Part shown: one piece after another, positions 1 through 5,850 of the stretch | Numbering within the stretch: the first letter of the stretch is position 1 | Layout: each line of letters starts with the position of its first letter | Assembly: GCF_006345805.1 (NCBI RefSeq) | Contig: NW_021829833.1 | Location: 1-5,850, forward strand | DNA: 5,850 nt | Direction of reading: 5' to 3' | DNA from: Octopus sinensis | Taxonomy: Eukaryota | The notes under the pieces: model-generated | Seen by the model: only the letters and a program-made list of their open reading frames with translations | What the model was told of the DNA's origin: nothing | Databases searched by the model: none | Made by a program: the position numbers and the translations under genes

Positions 1-97
1 AAAAATTAGTTCTGAGTTCTATCTTTCCAACTAAAACTCTTCAAGACGATGCTCCTGCATGGCCACAGTCCAATGACTGATACACGTAAAAGATAAA
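1..97 (+). mobile_element. 3' fragment of a SINE, same family as 2114-2499, cut by the window edge
   Basis: CAACTAAAACTCTTCAAGACGATGCTCC...ACTGATACACGTAAAAGATAAA aligns by eye with CAACTAAACCCTTCGAGGTGGTGCCCC...ACTGAAAAAAGTAAAAGATAAA at 2436-2488. Confidence 0.65.
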
Positions 98-253
98 TGA
101 TGAATGCAACTTAACTACATCGCTGACTTCCTGTAGATGCTCCAACTGCTCAAAAACGACAAAATATCTATCAGAAACGAACTGCTGTAGTTTCAAGTGT
201 ATGACCTTAAGTTAATATACACTTATAAGTCTTTGGTCTTATATTAATATATA

Positions 254-635
254 CAGTGGAGGCGCAATGGCCCAGTGGTTAGGGCAGCGGACTCGCGGTC
301 ATAGGATCGCGGTTTCGATTCCCAGACTGGGCGTTGTGAGTGTTTATTGAGCGAAAACACCTAAAGCTCCACGAGGCTCCGGCAGGGGATGGTGGTGATC
401 CTGCTGTACTCTTTCACAACAACTTTCTCATCTCTCTTTACTCCTGTTTCTGTTGTACCTGTATTTCAAGGGCCGGCCTTGTCACTCTTATCACGCTGAA
501 TATCCCGAGAACTACGTAAGGGTGCACGTGTCTGTGGAGTGCTCAGCCACTTACACGTTAATTTCACGAGCAGGCTGTTCCGTTGATTCGGATCAACCGG
601 AACCCTCGTCGTCGTAACCGACGGAGTGCTTCCAC
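254..635 (+). mobile_element. Full-length tRNA-derived SINE (about 380 bp) with 11-bp target-site duplication
   Basis: tRNA-like head GGCGCAATGGCCCAGTGGTTAGGGCAGCGGACT...GGTTTCGATTCCC. GC-rich body in an AT-rich background. ATTAATATATA occurs on both sides (243-253 and 636-646). Confidence 0.9.
268..323 (+). promoter_or_regulatory. Internal RNA polymerase III type 2 promoter (A box and B box) of the SINE
   Basis: A box TGGCCCAGTGG at 268-278 and B-box-like GGTTTCGATTCCC at 311-323, at tRNA-like spacing. Confidence 0.75.
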
Positions 636-723
636 ATTAATATATATTTATAGGTGCATGGCCTTAAGCTCGTATAAGGAATCAATGTTGCATGTTTTTT
701 TTATGTGAATATTATTGAGTCAG

Positions 724-794
724 TCTTTGGGGTAGGACTATACTGGTTTCAGATTTTAAATCTTTAGGGTAGGACTATACTGGTTTCAAATTTT
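724..794. repeat. 34-bp direct duplication (period 37)
   Basis: TCTTTGGGGTAGGACTATACTGGTTTCAGATTTT (724-757) versus TCTTTAGGGTAGGACTATACTGGTTTCAAATTTT (761-794), 2 mismatches. Confidence 0.95.
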
Positions 795-968
795 GGCACA
801 AGGCCAACAATTTCGGAGAAGGGTTAAATCGATTATATCGATTCTAGTGGCCAGCTGGTACTTTTACCAAAGCCGAAAGGATGAAAGCCAAAGTCGACTT
901 CGGCGGAATTAAAACTCAGATCGTAAAAAGACGGACGAAATGCCGCTAAGCATTTTGCCTGGCGTACT
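782..968 (-). mobile_element. Diverged, 5'-truncated SINE, same head and body family as 1614-1840
   Basis: Reverse complement GGCAAAATGCTTAGCGGCATTTCGTC...AATTCCGCCGAAGTCGACTTTGGCTTTCATCCTTTCGG...AAGTACCAG...GATATAATCGATTTAA matches 1640-1776. Confidence 0.88.
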
Positions 969-1123
969 CTTCTCTTTAAGATATGAATATATTGCAATGT
1001 TTTTTTTTCTTCGTGTTCCGGTAGCCAATCCGATTGTCGTGGTACTATGTCTGAGGTCCTTGTTGTGACTTGACAGATGACTAAAGACTCCAGTGCATTT
1101 TTACCTACAATGTGTTACGAAGG

Positions 1124-1141
1124 AATAATAATAATAATAAC

Positions 1142-1215
<74 letters not shown>

Positions 1216-1236
1216 TGATGATGATGACGACGACGA
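1124..1236. repeat. Compound trinucleotide microsatellite (TAA)n-(TGA)n-(CGA)n
   Basis: Read directly. It produces the poly-I/M/T and poly-Y/H runs in the ORF track. Confidence 0.97.
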
Positions 1237-1487
1237 GAGGCCCTCAGAGCACTAAGTTCGAGAAATGTGTTGGAGAAATTGGAATTGACATGAGAGCAGA
1301 ACAGGGACCCCACAAAACTGCTCTATTGGGAACTGTTAGGATTTTGAAATTGATGCTTAAGTGTTGAGTGTCTCCCACGATAAGTTAGCGTCGAAGTAGC
1401 AAAGTTTATAGTTTGTGGAAAGAGACCCTGTTGTCCACTCACACAGAATCAACTAGCACAAGTAAGACCGAGAGTCCTGAGAAGTCA
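1237..1487 (+). mobile_element. Degraded 3' end of an R4/Dong-like (restriction-like endonuclease) non-LTR retrotransposon: ORF C-terminus plus 3' UTR
   Basis: Translates STKFEKCVGEIGIDMRAEQGPHKTALLGTVRILKLMLKC* (stop 1365-1367). KTALLGTVRILK parallels KITLLGTVHILR at the end of the 4298-4647 fragment. Bracketed by trinucleotide microsatellites. Confidence 0.75.
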
Positions 1488-1497
1488 AGTAGTGGCG

Positions 1498-1539
<42 letters not shown>

Positions 1540-1550
1540 ATGATAATAGT
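1488..1550. repeat. (GTA)n microsatellite with degenerate edges
   Basis: Pure GTA run at 1498-1539. Confidence 0.95.
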
Positions 1551-1613
1551 ACCTACGCTACACCTAACATGTTCCCTCACAAGCGCAGAAACTACTGGAG
1601 TGGCGGTACTTCA

Positions 1614-1840
1614 GGGCTGGCAGAAACGTTAGCACTCCGGGCGAAATGCTTAGCGGTATTTCGTCTGCCGCTACGTTCTGAGTTCAAATTCCGCCGAGGT
1701 CCACTTTGCCTTTCATCCTTTCGGGGTCGATAAATTAAGTACCAGTTACGCACTGTGGTCGATATAATCGACTTAATCCGTTTGTCTGTCCGTGTTTGTC
1801 CCCTCTCTGTGTTTAGCCCCCTGTGGGTAGTAAAGAAATA
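1614..1840 (+). mobile_element. tRNA-derived SINE (about 227 bp) with 9-bp target-site duplication
   Basis: A-box-like TGGCAGAAACGTTAG (1618-1632) and B-box-like GAGTTCAAATTCC (1680-1692). The central GCCTTTCATCCTTTCGGGGTCGATAAATTAAGTACCAG resembles the Meta/MESC SINE domain as I recall it. GGTACTTCA occurs at 1605-1613 and 1841-1849. A second copy lies at 782-968. Confidence 0.9.
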
Positions 1841-2113
1841 GGTACTTCATTGCGGCAAACGTTTCTGATAGTTTAACCGCCGTATGGACAACCACCACCA
1901 CTCCTGGAATCAAAGAGATTCCTGAGCACAAGGTTTTATATGGGATCGGAAATGCACACTTCCCAGTAAAAGCACAACGTTGATTTTCTGGAACCTTTGG
2001 TTCTCAAGCAATTCCAGATTACTGATTTTTTTCCCGAACAAGGGTGCTCATACTCTAAATTAAATAATTATTAAATTTACTTAGATAATTAAATGAAACA
2101 AATTTACTGAAAT

Positions 2114-2499
2114 GCAGGTGTGGCTGTGTGGTAAGAGGTTTTCTTCCAAACCACATGGTTCTGAGTTCAGTTCCACCACATGAAACCTTGGGCAAGTGTC
2201 TTCTACTATAGCCTCGGGCTAACCAGAGCCTTGTGAGTAGGTTTTTGGTTGACGGAAACTCAAAGAAGACCGAAATATATATCCGTTTGTGTGCGTCTTT
2301 GTGTTTTCCCCACCGCCTGACCGCCGGTACTGGTTTGTTTACGTTCCCGTAAGTTAGCGATTCAGCGAAAAGGACTAATAAAATAAGTACCAGGCTTTTA
2401 AAAACAGTAAAAATAAGTACTGGGGTTGATTTGCTCAACTAAACCCTTCGAGGTGGTGCCCCAGATACTGAAAAAAGTAAAAGATAAAAGGAAAGATAA
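2114..2499 (+). mobile_element. tRNA-derived SINE with a CORE-like domain
   Basis: A box TGGCTGTGTGG (2121-2131), B-box-like GAGTTCAGTTCC (2163-2174), CORE-like ACCTTGGGCAAGT (2185-2197) and an A-rich AAAAGATAAAAG tail. The tail is homologous to 1-97. Confidence 0.85.
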
Positions 2500-2534
2500 C
2501 TTCAGAGAAATATAAGTACCTGTACATCAGTATA

Positions 2535-2579
2535 TGATCGTAAGTTCGACGCTCTAACCACTGAGCCATGCGCCTTCAC
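2535..2579 (-). mobile_element. Isolated 5' head of a tRNA-derived SINE, related to 254-635
   Basis: Reverse complement GTGAAGGCGCATGGCTCAGTGGTTAGAGCGTCGAACTTACGATCA versus GTGGAGGCGCAATGGCCCAGTGGTTAGGGCAGCGGACTCGCGGTCA (256-301). A box present, no B box. Confidence 0.75.
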
Positions 2580-2620
2580 ACACATATATATATATATACA
2601 TACATACATATATACACACA
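2577..2620. repeat. Compound (CA)/(TA)/(TACA) microsatellite
   Basis: Read directly. Confidence 0.9.
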
Positions 2621-2689
2621 GATATAAAAACTACAACCGTCACTCATAACCAAATCAAGTCCCACGAGATAACATATACCATCATCCGC

Positions 2690-2950
2690 TTGTTGTTTTA
2701 GGTGTCGCGAGCTAACAGTCACCGTTTTTACCCCTTTGGTGATCCCATCCTTTAACGAGCGGAACACCCAGAATATGACACCTGGAGGGAGGAGAGTTGG
2801 CTGCGCCATACCAGCTACCTACTTTCAACTGAGTCGATTAGAGTAGCGTAAAAATGAAGGAGTGCTTTGTTCAAGAGCACAACACGTTGTCTTATCAGAG
2901 TGTTGAAGCTTCGAACTTTACGTTTGTAAACCCACTTGGCCAAGCAACTT
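2690..2950 (-). mobile_element. Probable old, degraded CORE-type SINE
   Basis: Reverse complement starts with A-box-like TGGCCAAGTGG, has CORE-like GTGTTGTGCTCTTGAACAAAGCACT...CTAATCGACTCAGTTG, and ends in AAAACAACA. Boundaries are approximate. Confidence 0.45.
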
Positions 2951-2952
2951 TA

Positions 2953-3052
2953 ATATGTGTGTGCGCACGCGCATGTCTGTATCTATCTAGTTATCTATCT
3001 ATACACACACACACATACATATACGTATATATAATATACTATATGTATAGAC

Positions 3053-3125
<73 letters not shown>

Positions 3126-3134
3126 ATATGTATA
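2953..3134. repeat. Compound (TG)/(TCTA)/(CA)/(TA)n microsatellite
   Basis: Read directly. Confidence 0.95.
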
Positions 3135-3218
3135 AGGGTGGAAAGGAACACAACGAGTTGATATATATGAAAAAACAAGTCAAAAATAGAAAATGCTAAG
3201 ATGATTTTATAGTGAATC

Positions 3219-3262
3219 TTTCAGTACCGGTTTCGGTCATTTTGAGACCTTTTCAACTGTAA
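3219..3262 (-). ncRNA. Minimal type I hammerhead ribozyme motif, U3-A8 variant (left-arm copy)
   Basis: Exact reverse complement of 3338-3381. Confidence 0.6.
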
Positions 3263-3337
3263 CGATTAAATAATTAAATTTTGAAAAAACCTTTCTTCTA
3301 ATTTTTCTAAATTTTTCAAAATTTAATTATTTAATCG

Positions 3338-3381
3338 TTACAGTTGAAAAGGTCTCAAAATGACCGAAACCGGTACTGAAA
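3338..3381 (+). ncRNA. Minimal type I hammerhead ribozyme motif, U3-A8 variant (right-arm copy)
   Basis: Stem I ttaCAG, core TTGAAAA (3344-3350), stem II GGTC-tcaaaat-GACC, GAAA (3366-3369), palindromic ACCGGT, GUA cleavage triplet (3373-3375), stem I' CTGaaa. Confidence 0.62.
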
Positions 3382-3432
3382 GATTCACTATAAAATCATC
3401 TTAGCATTTTCTATTTTTGACTTGTTTTTTTC

Positions 3433-3476
3433 ATATATATATATATATACATATATGTATACACACAACACATACG

Positions 3477-3571
<95 letters not shown>

Positions 3572-3613
3572 CATATATGTATATACACATACACACACAC
3601 ACCACACACACAC

Positions 3614-3646
<33 letters not shown>
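3433..3646. repeat. Long compound (TA)n/(CA)n microsatellite
   Basis: Uninterrupted alternating AT at 3484-3561, plus flanking TA and CA runs. Confidence 0.97.
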
Positions 3647-3762
3647 AGTTCCGCAAAAATTTAGATTCAAATGAATATGGTACTTAATTTAGATGCACCA
3701 GAATTCTGTATGGTGCTATCCATAAAAATCCGTGGAGTTTTGATTATTTTGCTTATTTTGAG

Positions 3763-3842
3763 TATATATATATGCATACATATATGTATGCGTATATATA
3801 TATATGCGTGTGTGTGCGCGCGCGCGTGTATACACACACATA
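3763..3842. repeat. Alternating purine-pyrimidine tract (TA/TG/CG/CA)
   Basis: Read directly; includes GTGTGTGTGCGCGCGCGCGTGT. Confidence 0.9.
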
Positions 3843-3849
3843 ATTATTG

Positions 3850-3978
3850 TTCTTAAACAAGAATGTTGTTGACAGTAACTTCGGATTTTCGGTCAACTAA
3901 ACCATTGTCTGAGTGTCAAACGATAGCTTAGCTGACCGATACTTCGAAGTCACAGTCAACAATATTCTTGTTTAAGAA
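3850..3978. mobile_element. Fold-back, MITE-like palindromic element (63-bp arms, 3-nt loop)
   Basis: 3850-3912 versus the reverse complement of 3916-3978: 52/63 identical by hand alignment, no gaps, outer 15 bp TTCTTAAACAAGAAT perfect. Confidence 0.7.
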
Positions 3979-4161
3979 GGATAGATTTGTACCCTAGAAA
4001 AATATACAGTAAACCATCAGATTAATGTGAAATTATTTACATTATTTACATTTGACGGATATTTGTCTTCTTGTTATTAGAAATATAAGCCCTAAAAATT
4101 CACTCCATAATTGCCCACGGGCATATGGCATAGATTCCAAGTTGATTCCAGGCAGTGACCT

Positions 4162-4213
4162 TAATAATAATAATAATAATGATAATAATAACATTAATAA
4201 TAATAACAATAAT

Positions 4214-4272
<59 letters not shown>

Positions 4273-4295
4273 GCAATAATGATAATAATAATAAT
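4162..4295. repeat. (TAA)n microsatellite, interrupted
   Basis: Read directly. Confidence 0.97.
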
Positions 4296-4741
4296 ATATG
4301 CCGATACACACAGATAGAGAAATTAAGGCCAACAGACCAGATATAGTTGTCAGAGATCATGAAGAAAAAAAATGCTTTCTAATTGATGTATCAATACCGG
4401 CAGATGACAACGTGTCTCTAAAAGAAATGGAGAAACTCTCAAAATACAAAGACCTGGAACGAGGTAACTAGAATGTGGAATCTGAAAACAGAAACATTCC
4501 TATCATAGTAGGTGCATTAGGCATGATAAAAAATATTCCGACAAATACATAACAAAAACACCAGGACTTACAAACACATATAACATACAGAAAATTACAC
4601 TACTAGGCACTGTACACATCCTACGCAGAACACTTTCCATACAATAACCATCAGAGCATCACAACAAATCACAGCACATACCCAAGGCACACAGAGCTGC
4701 GCTCGGTAGTGAAGTGAAAGCACGCTATAAAAATAAAACTA

Positions 4742-4744
<3 letters not shown>
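4296..4744 (+). mobile_element. 5'-truncated R4/Dong-clade non-LTR retrotransposon inserted in (TAA)n
   Basis: Restriction-like endonuclease coding remnant plus a 97-bp 3' UTR (4648-4744), with TAA repeats on both sides. TAA repeats are the established target of Dong elements. Confidence 0.88.
4298..4647 (+). pseudogene. Frameshifted C-terminal restriction-like endonuclease (PD-(D/E)xK-type) domain of an R4/Dong ORF
   Basis: Hand translation: MPIHTDREIKANRPDIVVRDHEEKKCFLIDVSIPADDNVSLKEMEKLSKYKDLE / EVTRMWNLKTET / PIIVGALGMIK / YSDKYITKTPGLTNTYNIQKITLLGTVHILRRTLSIQ*. Frameshifts near 4460, 4497 and 4533. RPD..D..K..KY and GALG motifs are present. Confidence 0.9.
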
Positions 4745-4827
<83 letters not shown>

Positions 4828-4862
4828 CAATAACAACAACAACAACAACACCAACAACAACA
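4745..4862. repeat. (TAA)n-(CAA)n compound microsatellite
   Basis: TAA to about 4824, then mostly CAA. Confidence 0.97.
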
Positions 4863-4906
4863 AAAAATATCTTAGGAATGAGAACCCAGGTTCGAAATTT
4901 CCCCAA

Positions 4907-4952
4907 GACACCTGATGAAGTCTGGAGGGTATATCAGACGAAACGCTGTGTT
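4907..4952 (+). ncRNA. Minimal type I hammerhead ribozyme motif with canonical core and apparently mutated cleavage triplet
   Basis: Stem I GACAC (4907-4911), CTGATGA (4912-4918), A, stem II GTCTG-10 nt-CAGAC, GAAA (4940-4943), CGCT, stem I' GTGTT (4948-4952). Confidence 0.75.
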
Positions 4953-4985
4953 AACAACAAACAAGATGAGGACAAATATCCGTCA

Positions 4986-5039
4986 AATGTAAATAATGTA
5001 AACAATGTAAATAATGTAAACAATGTAAATAATGTACAT
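4986..5039 (+). repeat. 9-bp tandem repeat AATGTAAAY x6
   Basis: Units AATGTAAAT, AATGTAAAC, AATGTAAAT, AATGTAAAC, AATGTAAAT, AATGTACAT. Confidence 0.95.
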
Positions 5040-5273
5040 AATTCCTCATCTCTTAAATATAGAACTGTAATGTGAAATTGTTTTATTATAACTGAACATA
5101 AAAATAAACATATATATATATACATTTTTAAAATAGGATAAAATCTTTATAAGAATTCATCCAACAATTTTTTCATTTAAATATATTTATTTATATAGAG
5201 GGCATTACTATACATAAATGCTACACGCGAGGAGGGACTCTTAAAGTCAAAACTACCAAAATAAATAAATAAA

Positions 5274-5303
5274 TGTGTATATATATATATAATATATATA
5301 TAT

Positions 5304-5334
<31 letters not shown>

Positions 5335-5531
5335 TGTGTGTGTGTGTGTGTGGTGTGCTGTAATATCTATCTATCTACTGCGTATTATGTATCTATATAT
5401 ATATACAGAGACAGAGAGATAGACAGATAGATAGATAGATAGATAGATACATGATAGAATAGATACATACCATACATACATACTAGATACATACATACAT
5501 ACATAGTAATGATAGATATACAGTATATATA

Positions 5532-5566
<35 letters not shown>

Positions 5567-5567
5567 A

Positions 5568-5598
<31 letters not shown>

Positions 5599-5850
5599 TA
5601 CGTATGCCTGTATATATGAATGTTGCACGTATGTAGTATGTATATTGTATGTATGTATATATGTATGTACGTATGATATGTATGTGGTGTGTGTATGTAT
5701 GTATGGTATGTGTGTGTATGTATGTATGTATGTATGTAATGTATGTATGTATATATTATGTACGTATGTATGTGTGTATGTATGTGTGTATGTATATGTA
5801 TGTATGTATGTGTGTGTATGTATGTGTGTATGTATGTATGTGTGTGTAGT
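5274..5850. repeat. Large compound microsatellite (TA, TG, TCTA, GATA, TACA, TATG)
   Basis: Read directly; runs off the window end. Confidence 0.97.

Larger units (their letters stand above)
3161..3440. mobile_element. Near-perfect long inverted repeat (128/129-bp arms, 23-nt spacer), probably inverted terminal repeats of a Penelope-like retroelement
   Basis: 3161-3288 is the exact reverse complement of 3312-3440 except A6 versus T7 in one homopolymer. Each arm has a hammerhead-like motif. The inverted repeat itself is certain; the Penelope assignment is inference. Confidence 0.75.
4035..5067 (+). mobile_element. Non-autonomous Penelope-like element: short inverted 5' copy plus hammerhead-bearing terminal repeat, flanked by a 12-bp direct repeat, with a nested LINE fragment
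   Basis: 4036-4067 is the exact reverse complement of 4971-5002 (32 bp). TAATGTGAAATT occurs at 4023-4034 and 5068-5079. Hammerhead motif at 4907-4952. Confidence 0.72.

Noticed and set aside
130-160. CCTGTAGATGC...GCTCAAAAACG as a decayed hammerhead
   Set aside because: Both core boxes deviate and the stems are too weak to distinguish from chance.
261-335. Possible tRNA gene
   Set aside because: Acceptor, anticodon and T stems do not pair properly, no poly-T terminator follows, and it continues into a SINE body bounded by a TSD.
1491-1608. 10-bp direct repeat AGTGGCGGTA (1491-1500 and 1599-1608) as a TSD
   Set aside because: One copy is a degenerate part of the GTA microsatellite, and the enclosed sequence has no element hallmarks.
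3695-3716. Small hairpin GCACCA-10 nt-TGGTGC
   Set aside because: A 6-bp stem with no supporting context such as a Helitron CTRR end.
4986-5039. CRISPR-like array
   Set aside because: The units are contiguous 9-mers with no spacers, in a eukaryotic context.
5125-5275. Possible further repeat fragment between microsatellites
   Set aside because: It looks repeat-like, but there is no second copy, terminal structure or motif in the window to support a call.
1077-5849. ORF-track proteins (poly-I/Y/N/L/S, YIYI and CVYV repeats, and ORFs 1413-1733, 2055-2438, 4878-5075)
   Set aside because: They are translations of microsatellites or of SINE and terminal-repeat sequence. Only the end of 1077-1367 has real protein signal, and it is a retrotransposon remnant.

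Overview
AT-rich, gene-free eukaryotic (animal) DNA made almost entirely of microsatellites and small mobile elements. The repeat families look to me like those of octopus/cephalopod genomes (pattern recognition, not a database result). No intact protein-coding gene is supported; the ORF track is mostly microsatellite translation. The window holds at least three families of tRNA-derived SINEs (two copies with visible target-site duplications), two 5'-truncated R4/Dong-type non-LTR retrotransposon ends sitting in (TAA)n, and a 129-bp fold-back element. It also holds two Penelope-like inverted-repeat elements carrying minimal type I hammerhead ribozyme motifs. The first (3161-3440) is a near-perfect 128-bp inverted repeat whose hammerhead core has the compensatory U3-A8 pair instead of C3-G8. 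The second (4035-5067) is bounded by a 12-bp direct repeat and has an R4/Dong endonuclease fragment nested inside it.
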